From Akkermansia sp. (GTDB taxonomy: Bacteria > Verrucomicrobiota > Verrucomicrobiia > Verrucomicrobiales > Akkermansiaceae): a DNA stretch of 64,000 bases. A model generated the notes under the pieces. That model was not told the origin of the DNA. It made no database searches and saw only the letters and a list, made by a program, of their open reading frames with translations. The stretch is taken from contig JAZRKM010000046.1 in NCBI GenBank assembly GCA_045646325.1, forward strand, positions 29,405 through 93,404. Direction: 5' to 3'. Below are positions 1 to 8,801 of this stretch, in pieces (position 1 is the stretch's first letter; every line of letters starts with the position of its first letter). Position numbers and translations under genes: made by a program.

Positions 1-929
1 CCGCTGTTGATATTGCTTTCAATCATGACGGCGCCGATGTGGTCATCTCCCGCTGCGAGTTGAGCTGCTACGGCTTCGGCTACCAGGTGCTGGTTCTGCC
101 ATTGTTTGTGGCTATTGCCGTGTGAGCAGTCAATCATAATGCGATTGCTGATACCGGATTTCTGCTGAATCTCCCAGGCGGCTGCTACATCCTCGGCGGA
201 GTAGTTCGGGCCGGAGGTTGAGCCGCGCAGGATGATGTGGCAGCTGTCGTTGCCGCTGGTGGACACGATGGCGCTCACGCCCTGTTTGGTGACGGAAAGG
301 AAGCAGTGCGGGTGCGCGGAGGATACGATGCCGTCCACCGCAATCTGCACGCAGCCCGTGGTGCCGTTCTTGAAACCGATGGGCATGGAGAGGCCGCTGG
401 CCAGCTCGCGGTGCACCTGGCTTTCCGTGGTGCGGGCTCCGATAGCCCCCCAGGCAATCAGGTCACTGATGTACTGGGGGGTAATGACATCCAGAAACTC
501 CGTAGCGGCGGGCACTCCCATTTCGGCCAGGCGCAGCAGCAGACCGCGCGACATGCGCAGGCCGCTGTTGATGTTGTAGCTGCCGTCCATGAACGGGTCG
601 TTAATCAGCCCTTTCCAGCCCACGGTGGTGCGCGGTTTTTCGAAATACACCCGCATGATGAGCAGCAGGTCTTCGCTGTATTTCTTGCGCGCCTCAGCCA
701 GTCGGCCGGCATAGTCGATGGCGGCTACCGTGTCGTGTATGGAGCAGGGGCCTACCATGACTGCCAGGCGGTCATCCTCTTTCTTGAGAATGCGGCGGAA
801 TTCCTCACGCGCATCGTAGACCACTTTGCTGGCCTCGTGGCTCGCGGGGAAATCCTGCATGAGAATGGCAGGGGAGATTAACGGACGAATGTCCGTTACG
901 CGTACGTCGTCTGTGATGAATGGATTCAT
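1..929 (-). CDS. aroG: Class I DAHP synthase (3-deoxy-7-phosphoheptulonate synthase), 3' end runs off the window
   Basis: Not in the ORF track (no stop in window). Manual translation from ATG at 929: MNPFITDDVRVTDIRPL...VGPCSIHD...MRVYFEKPRTTVGWKGLINDP...GAIGARTTESQVHRELASGLSMPIGFKNGT...IDCSHGNS, all AroF/G/H motifs. Confidence 0.95.
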   Translation of the reverse strand, partial: MNPFITDDVRVTDIRPLISPAILMQDFPASHEASKVVYDAREEFRRILKKEDDRLAVMVGPCSIHDTVAAIDYAGRLAEARKKYSEDLLLIMRVYFEKPRTTVGWKGLINDPFMDGSYNINSGLRMSRGLLLRLAEMGVPAATEFLDVITPQYISDLIAWGAIGARTTESQVHRELASGLSMPIGFKNGTTGCVQIAVDGIVSSAHPHCFLSVTKQGVSAIVSTSGNDSCHIILRGSTSGPNYSAEDVAAAWEIQQKSGISNRIMIDCSHGNSHKQWQNQHLVAEAVAAQLAAGDDHIGAVMIESNINS

Positions 930-931
930 TA

Positions 932-1636
932 TTACTTGTTGACCTTCTTCCAGGAGTAGATGTTATCGGCGATAGCCTCTTCTGCCTCCTCTTCTTCGAT
1001 GGTCATTTCCGTGTTCTTCTTGTCCTTTTTATTCTTCTTGCCGGTGGTGGGAAGTGTCTCGGGAGCCTTGCCGGTGCCGTTGACACCCAGGGAGTAGGCT
1101 ATGCAGTTCTTGCCGCGCAGTTTCTTACCGGTGAAGGGGTCGGTGCAGCCGTCATTCTCTTCGCACATGAGCACGTAGTATGGCTTGCCCCAGGGGTCGT
1201 ACAGGCCCACCAGGTCGCCTGTGGCGGGGTCTTCATAAAGACCTTCGGCCTTCTTCTCCTGCACATCGGAGCGGATGTAGTAGTCCTTGTTGGTGTTCAT
1301 GCGGTTGTCATCGTCCTCCTCGCGGTTGGTGAGGATGGCGAGCATGCCGGCATCGCTGCCGACCTCGGTGCTGAGGGAAACCTGATAGTTGTTTTCCTCG
1401 GTGGGTTCGGCTTCATCCGTACGGAAGGGAAGCACGCCGTAGTCGGTGCGGAATCTTGTAGCACCCTCCACGATGTCCAGACAGGTCTTGCGGGCTGTGG
1501 ACTCGCGGGCGGCCTCCATCTGGGACATGATGATGGGCGATGAAATGCCGGCAAGTGTTGCCAGAATGGCAATGACGACAAGGAGCTCAATGAGAGTAAA
1601 GCCCTTTTTTTGATGAGTGGTGAAAGTCATTTTCAT
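932..1636 (-). CDS. Type IV pilin / type II secretion pseudopilin-like protein with prepilin N-terminal methylation motif
   Basis: KKG|FTLIELLVVIAILATLAG (cleavage site, E5, hydrophobic helix). Start placed at ATG 1636, 8 nt after a TAGAAT -10 element. Confidence 0.85.
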   Translation of the reverse strand: MKMTFTTHQKKGFTLIELLVVIAILATLAGISSPIIMSQMEAARESTARKTCLDIVEGATRFRTDYGVLPFRTDEAEPTEENNYQVSLSTEVGSDAGMLAILTNREEDDDNRMNTNKDYYIRSDVQEKKAEGLYEDPATGDLVGLYDPWGKPYYVLMCEENDGCTDPFTGKKLRGKNCIAYSLGVNGTGKAPETLPTTGKKNKKDKKNTEMTIEEEEAEEAIADNIYSWKKVNK

Positions 1637-1680
1637 ACGCGCATATTCTAGCATATCGGCCCTGCGCAACGCAAGCAAAA

Positions 1681-2520
1681 TCAGCTACGGTGCCGTAACA
1701 AACCATATTTAGGTGATAAAAGCCAGGCCGCCAGGAAGATGCACCCCTGAAGTACAATGATGGTTGCGCCCGGGTGCCAACCCAGCGGGTACGACAGGAA
1801 AAACGCCAGCACGGAACCGCAGCAACCGATGAGCCCGCCGCCCCAGAACATGAGTGAGGCTCGGTCGGTGAGCAGGCGCATGGTGGCTGCCGGAGCTACC
1901 ATCAGCCCGAGGGTCAGGAAGGCCCCCACCGCTTGCAGGGAAGACACCAGCACCAGAATGATAAGCGCGAAGATGCCGTAGCTGAATGCACGGGTGGGTA
2001 TGCCCATGGCCGTTGCCGCGCGTGGGTCAAAAAGGCAGATAAGCAACGGTCGGTAAAGCACTGTAATGGCAAGCACGGCAATGGCACCTGTTCCCCAGGC
2101 TATCCACAGGTCGGTGTTGCTCATGCTCATGATGTTGCCGAAGAGCCAATCGTCCACCTTCTGCTGCAGGCCCAGGCGAATGAGGATGATGTAGCCGAGG
2201 GCGAAGGCCGTGGTGTGCAGGATGGAAAGCGCGGTATCGTGGTCGGCTTTCCCGCTTCGGGCAATGAATAGCGAGCCCAGCCCCACCAGCAGCCCGGCAA
2301 TGACAGCACCGATAAGGATACTCAGCTGCATGAAGCCGAAAAGCAGGATGGCCAGGGCTATACCCGGCAGCAGTGCGCAGGATATCGTGCCAATCTGCAG
2401 CGAGGAGCGCCGAAGCACCACCAGCGCACTCACGAAGCCGTTGGCAAAACCGATGACGGCGCAGGCCCACAGGCTGCGAAGGGCTATCGGTTCAGTGAGA
2501 AATTGCAGAAACTCATTCAT
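1681..2520 (-). CDS. Zn/Mn ABC transporter permease (ZnuB/MntB, ABC-3 family)
   Basis: Highly hydrophobic; WLFGNIMS, FDPRAATAMG (EAA-like) and VVSSLQAVGAFL-type motifs; in operon with ATPase and solute-binding protein. Confidence 0.9.
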   Translation of the reverse strand: MNEFLQFLTEPIALRSLWACAVIGFANGFVSALVVLRRSSLQIGTISCALLPGIALAILLFGFMQLSILIGAVIAGLLVGLGSLFIARSGKADHDTALSILHTTAFALGYIILIRLGLQQKVDDWLFGNIMSMSNTDLWIAWGTGAIAVLAITVLYRPLLICLFDPRAATAMGIPTRAFSYGIFALIILVLVSSLQAVGAFLTLGLMVAPAATMRLLTDRASLMFWGGGLIGCCGSVLAFFLSYPLGWHPGATIIVLQGCIFLAAWLLSPKYGLLRHRS

Positions 2521-3296
2521 GGCGTGACGGTGATGCGGCGTTTGCCGAAGGCGGTGTGCAGGTTTTGCTCATGGAGTACCCCGGCCGTGGGGCCGAACGC
2601 AATGGCGCGGTTGTTGAGCAGCAGGCTGTGGTCGAATATCTGTGCCGCGGTACTCAGGTCGTGGTGAGAGGCGATGATGAGCCGCCCCTCTGCTGCCAGC
2701 GAGCGCAACAGTGCCGCCAGGGACTCCATTCCCGGTACGTCCAAACCGGTGAACGGTTCATCGAGCAGCAGTATGTGCGCCTCTTGTGCGAGTGCTCGTG
2801 CCAGAAAGGCTCGCTGCTGCTGCCCGCCGGAGAGTGCCCCGATTTGGCGGTGCTGCAGTTCTGTCAGCCCGAGGGTATCGAGCGCCTTGTCGACAATTTC
2901 GATATCGTGGCGTCGCAGGCTACGCCAGATGCCGGTGGACGGATAGCGCCCCATCTCCACCAAGTCGCGCACGGTGATGGGAAATCGCCAGTCCACCTCG
3001 GTGCGTTGCGGCATGAAGGCGGTTTCGTGCCGCATGGAGTGCAGGGGAACCCCATTCCAGCTCATGGCGCCGGCAGTGGGTTGCATAAGCCCGGCCAGCA
3101 GGTTGAGCAGGGTGGATTTGCCGGCACCGTTCGGGCCGATGAGGGCCATGGTTTGTCCGCATGAGGCGCTGAAACTGATGTCGCAGAGCACCGCTGTTTT
3201 GCCGTAAGCCGCACAGAGCCCCTCAACCGCGAGCGTATGCCCGCCGCTGTGGTGGTGGCCGCCGCCCCAGCAGATGTGGTCGTGTTCGCTTACCAT
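2517..3296 (-). CDS. Zn/Mn ABC transporter ATP-binding protein with His-rich N-terminus
   Basis: Walker A GPNGAGKST, Q-loop MPQR, signature LSGGQQQR, Walker B LLLDEPFTG. Confidence 0.92.
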   Translation of the reverse strand: MVSEHDHICWGGGHHHSGGHTLAVEGLCAAYGKTAVLCDISFSASCGQTMALIGPNGAGKSTLLNLLAGLMQPTAGAMSWNGVPLHSMRHETAFMPQRTEVDWRFPITVRDLVEMGRYPSTGIWRSLRRHDIEIVDKALDTLGLTELQHRQIGALSGGQQQRAFLARALAQEAHILLLDEPFTGLDVPGMESLAALLRSLAAEGRLIIASHHDLSTAAQIFDHSLLLNNRAIAFGPTAGVLHEQNLHTAFGKRRITVTP

Positions 3297-3712
3297 GTGA
3301 AGTAGAATATATCGTGCACGGTGGAATCTTCAGGCATGGTCCACATGGACTCTGCGCGGTTTTCAAGCCCCTCGGGTTCCAGGTGCAGGGTACAGCCCTT
3401 CATACCGGGCGTGTTGTCGGGCCATTCAATCTCGTACTCGATTTCCGTGCTGTTCTCCATGGGCAGGTTCAGGGAGAAGTGGCAGCTCCCCCTCGGTGCT
3501 GTGAGGTTCAGTACTTCTTTCGCCTCGTGCCACAGGGTGATACGGCGGGGCTCCCCGCTGAAGTACAGGCTTGCGTTAATTGTTCGCAGGCCGGGAGCTG
3601 CTGCCGGGGCTGACTGTGGAGTGGTTGGCGGCGGGGCTGTGAGCCACAGTAGGGGCAGGCCGACGGCAATCACCCCGGCCAGGGTTAAAGCGGCTTTCAG
3701 AACAGGGGTCAT
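3290..3712 (-). CDS. Hypothetical single-TM-anchored protein inside the metal ABC operon
   Basis: MTPVLKAALTLAGVIAVGLPLLWLT hydrophobic anchor. ATG at 3712 overlaps the upstream stop (ATGA) and the 3' end overlaps the ATPase start. The ORF-track start at 4003 lies inside the upstream gene. Confidence 0.7.
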   Translation of the reverse strand: MTPVLKAALTLAGVIAVGLPLLWLTAPPPTTPQSAPAAAPGLRTINASLYFSGEPRRITLWHEAKEVLNLTAPRGSCHFSLNLPMENSTEIEYEIEWPDNTPGMKGCTLHLEPEGLENRAESMWTMPEDSTVHDIFYFTW

Positions 3713-4566
3713 TTGCCCAAGTGCTCGCAGATGGTGTTGAGATTGTGCAAGAATAGCTCTCGGTAGCTCGTGGCGGCCGGGTATATGCCGTCCATCACCA
3801 ATGGGGCAGTGGGTATACCCAGTTGGTCGGCTACTGCCTGCAGGGCACGCGGGGTGCTGTTTATGTCGGTGAAGATGCAGCGGGCGTTCCGGGAGCGCAG
3901 TTCTGCCAGAAGTGCAGCCAATGTGGCGGGGTCGCCCTGGCTCTCTCTGGCTACACCCTGTATCGCGATGGGGGTGAAATGATACGCCTTGCAGAAGTGG
4001 CACATGGCGGCATGACCTGTCACCAGGCAGCGGGCGTTTTGCGGTATGCGGCTGAGTTTCAGTCGGGCCGTGCGGTTGAGCTGCTCCATATCAGCAGCAT
4101 ATCGGGCTTGGCCTTTGGCAAAGAGCTCCGCATGTTCGGGGGCGGCCTGCTGCATGGCTTTCAGGAGCGTGCGGGAGGCTCGCTTCATGTTTTCCGGGGT
4201 GTTCCACCAGTGCGGGTCAGGGTGGTGTGTGCCGGGCACGCGCACATCGGGCACTTCGGCGCCGACTTCAATAATCTGCGTGGTGGCCTTTACACTGTCC
4301 CGCAAATCAGCCAGATAGGGTTCGACCCCCTTTCCGCAGGCCAGCAGCAGGCGGGCATCCGCAGCCGCGGCCAGCTCGCGACCGGTGGGGGTGAAGGCGT
4401 GCAAATCGCCGTTCTCCGGGAACAAATCAACAACCTCAACCTGCTCACCACCCAGTGTACGTGCCATTTCACTCAGCAGCGGGTGCAGGCTGGCTATTTT
4501 CAGCGGAGCTGCATGGGCAACTGACATCCCCAGCATCACCAGCAGCAGGCAGAGCATTTTTTTCAT
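3709..4566 (-). CDS. Zn/Mn ABC solute-binding protein (TroA/ZnuA/MntC family)
   Basis: Signal peptide MKKMLCLLLVMLGMSVAHA; ligand motifs DLHAF, PDPHWW, GHAAM and MDG. Confidence 0.9.
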   Translation of the reverse strand: MKKMLCLLLVMLGMSVAHAAPLKIASLHPLLSEMARTLGGEQVEVVDLFPENGDLHAFTPTGRELAAAADARLLLACGKGVEPYLADLRDSVKATTQIIEVGAEVPDVRVPGTHHPDPHWWNTPENMKRASRTLLKAMQQAAPEHAELFAKGQARYAADMEQLNRTARLKLSRIPQNARCLVTGHAAMCHFCKAYHFTPIAIQGVARESQGDPATLAALLAELRSRNARCIFTDINSTPRALQAVADQLGIPTAPLVMDGIYPAATSYRELFLHNLNTICEHLGK

Positions 4567-4573
4567 GCCCTCT

Positions 4574-4602
4574 ATTATAAAAGCCCCGATTTCCCCTGTC
4601 AA
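4574..4602 (-). promoter_or_regulatory. Consensus sigma70 promoter of the metal ABC operon (leaderless type)
   Basis: TTGACA (4597-4602), 17-nt spacer, TATAAT (4574-4579), then 7 nt to ATG 4566. Confidence 0.85.
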
Positions 4603-4634
4603 TCCTGTTGCGAGTCAGTACGGAGCGGATTTTT

Positions 4635-6398
4635 TCAGATTTTTGAGGCGCTTTCTGCCGGCGTTAACTGCTGAAGGGGAGCTCCGTCCGGCATCAAGCA
4701 CCGGCGGGCTTTTTCCATGAACACGAGCTCGCCGCTGTAGTCTGCCAGCCTGAAGAGGTGCTTGTTGTCGATGATATAGCGCACGCAGTATGCGACTTCC
4801 CGGCGGAACTGCTGCGGTAGCTGCTGCAGTTGGTGCAGGCGCCCGTGGAGGTGGCAGATGAGCGAGTTCACCAGCTTATAGTCGCCGTTGGCGTGGCCTT
4901 CGCGTATGTAGCGGTGCAACAACTTGAAATAGAACATCAGGGCGGGCAGCCCCATGCAGGGCAAATCCTCCACATAGGTAGTTGCCAGCCCACTGCCCAC
5001 GAAGGCCAGTTCATAGACTTCCGCTGCCGACTGCTCGCTGAAACAGGCGGGCAGTTCATCGGCTGGCGGAAGTTCTGCCGTCAGCGGGCGAACACTCACC
5101 AGATTGTGTAGATTCCGGATGTCGTTTTCCTGCAGGTCGCTTGCCGTGAGGTGTTCCTTGCCGCTTTGCAGCAGTTCGGCGGTATAGAGGGTGTAATCCC
5201 AGTAGTGAGGGTCATCGGACGTGGCGGCGAATGTAAGCTGAAAATGAATCACGTTGCCGTTGTCGAAGCACAGGTAGATGTCGCCATCATCCGAATAGAT
5301 ACCTGAAAGTGTTGCGCCGATGAATGAGCGGTGGAGGGCGGCGGCATTCAGCGGGTCATCCGTCACCGGGGTCAGCGGTTGAGCATCTGCCGGTACCTGC
5401 CGTGCATATTCCGCATGCCCGCTGAATGGGAGGTGGACACAGCAATCAGCAAATTCCAGCCAATACTCAGCCTGTTCATCTGCCGGACGTGGTGTTTTGG
5501 TGCGCCTCACATAGATATTGCGCAGGTCACGCCCTACCACGGGCGGTTCACCCCCGGCCAGAAAAGCTCGTACCCCCGCCAGATTCCAATAGGCTGTGGA
5601 GCGGCCGATTTCGTAGGCTTGTCGAAGTTTTTCCGGGTCTTTTTCCACGCGGCTTACCGGCAGCGGCATCCCGGGGCGCAATACCAGAACCTCGCCGCTA
5701 CGCTCCCTCTCCCTGATATATTGCAGCGTATCATTGTAGTGAAGGTGGCGCTCCTCCATGGCTTTCACGAGATTGGGGTACTTGCGGTACATGAGTCGCA
5801 CGGCCCGCAGCAGCCCGTTCTCCTTTTTCTCATACTCATCCGGCTGGGTCAGGATGATTACGTTGCGCCTGTAGCCCAGGCTCTCGAAGTGTCGCAGGGG
5901 GATGGAGTCCGATATACCGCCGTCGAGCAGCTTGCGCCCGTCGATTTCAACCGGCTGCGATACCAGCGGCATCGAGGCCGAGGCCCGCACCCATTCGAAC
6001 AGGTGGTCGCTTTGCCCGCCGTATTCGTGGTAAACCGGTTGGCCGGTTTCAATATCGGTGGCTACCACATAAAAGGGCATGGAGTTGCGCTCGTAGGCGG
6101 CAAAGTTGAACTTGTCGAACTTCAGCGGCACATCTCCATAGCAGAACCGGCGGCTGTACAGGTTGCCATCGCTCAGCAGGCTCCACAGCCCGCAGTAGCG
6201 CTTGTCTCGGCTGTAGCGCATGTTGTATCGTATGGCGCGCGATATCTGCCCGGTCTTGTAATTCAACCCGAACGCCGCACCGGCCGATACGCCGATGGCT
6301 CCATCGAAGTGAATTCCCTCCTCCATGAACACATCGAGTATGCCCGCTGTGAACATACCCCGCATGGCCCCGCCTTCCAGTACAAGTCCCGTTTTCAT
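4635..6398 (-). CDS. Patatin-like phospholipase (YjjU-type) fused to a ~306-aa C-terminal region of unknown function
   Basis: LEGGAMRG oxyanion motif, GVSAG nucleophile, LLDGG acid motif, SASMP. The patatin part ends near 5556 and the frame continues to 4635. Confidence 0.85.
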   Translation of the reverse strand: MKTGLVLEGGAMRGMFTAGILDVFMEEGIHFDGAIGVSAGAAFGLNYKTGQISRAIRYNMRYSRDKRYCGLWSLLSDGNLYSRRFCYGDVPLKFDKFNFAAYERNSMPFYVVATDIETGQPVYHEYGGQSDHLFEWVRASASMPLVSQPVEIDGRKLLDGGISDSIPLRHFESLGYRRNVIILTQPDEYEKKENGLLRAVRLMYRKYPNLVKAMEERHLHYNDTLQYIRERERSGEVLVLRPGMPLPVSRVEKDPEKLRQAYEIGRSTAYWNLAGVRAFLAGGEPPVVGRDLRNIYVRRTKTPRPADEQAEYWLEFADCCVHLPFSGHAEYARQVPADAQPLTPVTDDPLNAAALHRSFIGATLSGIYSDDGDIYLCFDNGNVIHFQLTFAATSDDPHYWDYTLYTAELLQSGKEHLTASDLQENDIRNLHNLVSVRPLTAELPPADELPACFSEQSAAEVYELAFVGSGLATTYVEDLPCMGLPALMFYFKLLHRYIREGHANGDYKLVNSLICHLHGRLHQLQQLPQQFRREVAYCVRYIIDNKHLFRLADYSGELVFMEKARRCLMPDGAPLQQLTPAESASKI

Positions 6399-6465
6399 GT
6401 GTTTACCGCGCACAGTCTAGCGATTTCTTTTTCTGCTGGCAAGTCTTTTTAACGGTTGACGGCGT

Positions 6466-6496
6466 AAAAAACGCCCCTGCTTTGTGGGCAGGGGCG
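6466..6496 (-). terminator. Intrinsic terminator downstream of the FKBP gene
   Basis: Stem CGCCCCTGC/GCAGGGGCG (9 bp), followed by a U-tract on the minus strand. Confidence 0.8.
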
Positions 6497-6524
6497 CGGT
6501 GAAAGATAGGTTGAAAACCGGAGC

Positions 6525-7355
6525 TTACTGACCAACGGGCTGCATGCCGCTCTCCTGAAGCTGCTGGAGCATCTCAGGGGTGAGCTGGATGGGGTTGCCC
6601 TGGGTGCCGCGACCGGGCTTGATGTCCACGAGCTGGAGCTTGAAGACGAGGGTGGCGTTGTTGCCGATGACACCGGGACCCTGCTCACCATAGGCCAGGT
6701 TGGCGGGGATGGTTACCTCCCACTCAGAACCGATGGGCATGAGCTTGAGGGCCTCGGAGAAGCCGGGAATCACGCCATCAAGGGGCATGTCAACGGGAGT
6801 GGTGCTGGCATCGAATACCGTGCCGTCCACCAGGCGGCCTTCGTAGGTCACGGAGGCAATGGCGGCAGAGCCGTCAGTCTTGGCGTCATATTTACGGCCG
6901 GTACCGGCGGTGAGCACTTTGTACTGCAGACCGCTCTCGGTGGTCACGACGCCCTCCTTCTTGGCGTTTTCTTCCATGTAGGCCTTGCCTTTGGCCAGGT
7001 TGGCAGCAGCGGCCTCGGCAGCGCGCTTCTGCAGGTCAAGCATGAAAGCCTGCATGCATGCGGCGATGTCTTTCTGGCGCATTTCGGGGTCGACCTTGTT
7101 GGCCAGGCCGTCGGCTACACCCTTGAAGAAGACCTCGGCGTCGAAGTCGTCAATACGCAGAGTGTTGGCCTCCATAGCCATCTGGTTGCCGTACTGCTGA
7201 CCCATGAGGTAGGAGAACACTACCTTAATCTCTTCGGGAGAGGGTGTGGCAGCGGGGGCCGGAGCGGGAGCCGGGGCGGGGGCTTCTTGTGCGAATGTAA
7301 GCGGTGCCAGGGCAAGCATGCCCAGGCTCAGTATGGTGCGTGTTGTGTGTTTCAT
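6525..7355 (-). CDS. FKBP-type peptidyl-prolyl cis-trans isomerase (FkpA/Mip-like, exported)
   Basis: Signal peptide, PAPAPA linker, GVVTTESGLQYKVL, YEGRLVDGTVFDAS, VIPGFSEAL, IPANLAYG. Confidence 0.92.
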   Translation of the reverse strand: MKHTTRTILSLGMLALAPLTFAQEAPAPAPAPAPAATPSPEEIKVVFSYLMGQQYGNQMAMEANTLRIDDFDAEVFFKGVADGLANKVDPEMRQKDIAACMQAFMLDLQKRAAEAAAANLAKGKAYMEENAKKEGVVTTESGLQYKVLTAGTGRKYDAKTDGSAAIASVTYEGRLVDGTVFDASTTPVDMPLDGVIPGFSEALKLMPIGSEWEVTIPANLAYGEQGPGVIGNNATLVFKLQLVDIKPGRGTQGNPIQLTPEMLQQLQESGMQPVGQ

Positions 7356-7379
7356 GATAAAAAAATGGGTTCGGCTATG

Positions 7380-7886
7380 TTATTTGACTTCGATAACGGC
7401 TCCTTTGTTCGAAAAAACGGCTTTTATGATGGATTCATATATCCCCTCGAGGTCTTTTACGGACTCGACCTGATATTCGATGTTGTGGCTGTAAGTGCCT
7501 TCGGGGAATTTTTTGGAGGGGTATTTGGTGGCGCCGCCGGTTTTGCTGTCGACCAGTTCGCGGGTATTTTTGACCCGGTCGGCGTAGCGGGTGACGGTGG
7601 AGTTGGTATTCAGGCAGTAAATGCGGATGCTGTTGTTGCCGGTGGTGTCGATGGTGACTTCGCGCACGGTTTGAGCGCCGATGTTATAGGTGTGCATGGC
7701 AACAGATGTGACGGTGTCCAGTCGCACGGATACAGTGGCAACCTTCACATCGTCGAAGATGCAGGTCCAGAACTTATCCGATTTCATGACGTTCTGACTG
7801 GGCGGTGGGGTGGTGCAGGCGGCTGTGGCATGCATGGCACCGAGCAGCAGACTTGCTGCAACAGCTGTGACGATGGAGTATTTCAT
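7380..7886 (-). CDS. Hypothetical exported protein
   Basis: Signal peptide, coding-like codon use, TTGACA (7918-7923) upstream. Confidence 0.75.
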   Translation of the reverse strand: MKYSIVTAVAASLLLGAMHATAACTTPPPSQNVMKSDKFWTCIFDDVKVATVSVRLDTVTSVAMHTYNIGAQTVREVTIDTTGNNSIRIYCLNTNSTVTRYADRVKNTRELVDSKTGGATKYPSKKFPEGTYSHNIEYQVESVKDLEGIYESIIKAVFSNKGAVIEVK

Positions 7887-7934
7887 TGTGTTGTTTATTT
7901 ACGCTTATGTCGTTCCAATGTCAAGCAGAAAGTT

Positions 7935-8672
7935 TTACGGCAGGCGCCAGCTGCGGCGGCGTTCTGCGTATTCCGCGCGGGGTAACAGGATGTAGACAGG
8001 GTGACGTGCCGGGTTCAGTCGCGCAATGAGGGTGCGCAGTTGCTGCTCGTTCATCGAGGTGCAGCCGGCGGTGGGGCTGGCGCCATCTCTGCGCCATATG
8101 TGGAAGAAGATGGAGGAGCCGGCACCTACTTCGGGGCTCGCGGTGTTGTGGCAGATGAGCAATTTAATGCTGTGGGCGTAGTCCGTCTGGCGCATTTGCT
8201 CCTTTTTCTCCCAGGCGGTACGGGCGGGGTGGTTCAGGCGCACATGGCGGTTGTAAAGGTGAGGGTATGCCGGGTCGCTGACCCATAAATCTGCCGGGCC
8301 CACTTTCACGTAGGGGATGGACGGGTGGTGTTGCACGGGGGTTTTATGGGTGACCCACAGTCCGCCGATGTCAAATATACCGGCCGGTGAACGGCCGTCA
8401 CCCTCACGTTTGACGGTGGCCAGCCAGGGGTTGCTGTGCAGCCCCAGCCCCCATACGAGCCCATTGCGCCCCAGTCGCCCTTTCCAGGGCCCCAGCACGC
8501 GAACCCATTGACCCTGCACGTTTTTCTCAACAAGCGAAAGGGTGACGTGCGAGTTGTTCCAGTCATCGGCTATGCCGATGATGGCCTGCGAGCAGTTCGC
8601 CGGAACTGTTGCGAGTGCCACTCCCGGGCATATCAGAAGCACGAGCAGAAGGATGTATTGCAGGGCTTTCAT
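7935..8672 (-). CDS. L,D-transpeptidase (YkuD) family protein
   Basis: Signal peptide; KREGDGRSPAGIF; GSSIFFHIW...PTAGC catalytic His/Cys motif. Confidence 0.8.
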   Translation of the reverse strand: MKALQYILLLVLLICPGVALATVPANCSQAIIGIADDWNNSHVTLSLVEKNVQGQWVRVLGPWKGRLGRNGLVWGLGLHSNPWLATVKREGDGRSPAGIFDIGGLWVTHKTPVQHHPSIPYVKVGPADLWVSDPAYPHLYNRHVRLNHPARTAWEKKEQMRQTDYAHSIKLLICHNTASPEVGAGSSIFFHIWRRDGASPTAGCTSMNEQQLRTLIARLNPARHPVYILLPRAEYAERRRSWRLP

Positions 8673-8801
8673 GAGGGGGATTCTAGCAAATCATAGACTC
8701 TGCCGCAAGCTCGCTGCGCGTCAGCCAATCCGTTTTGGCGGGGGTAAAGCGGAAAATCAGGCTTGCAAAATGAGCCAATCTGTTGGATAATGGGCGGCGA
8801 C

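Noticed and set aside
3713-4003. ORF-track 5' extension of the 3290-4003 ORF, and similar extensions of lpxK, lepA, gluQ and argB
   Set aside because: They overlap neighbouring genes or lie upstream of clear promoters; the downstream ATGs fit family N-termini.
7250-7290. Short GC-rich tandem repeats here and at about 61560-61660
   Set aside because: They encode PAPAPA and PTPE/Ala-rich protein linkers; not CRISPR, REP or mobile-element repeats.
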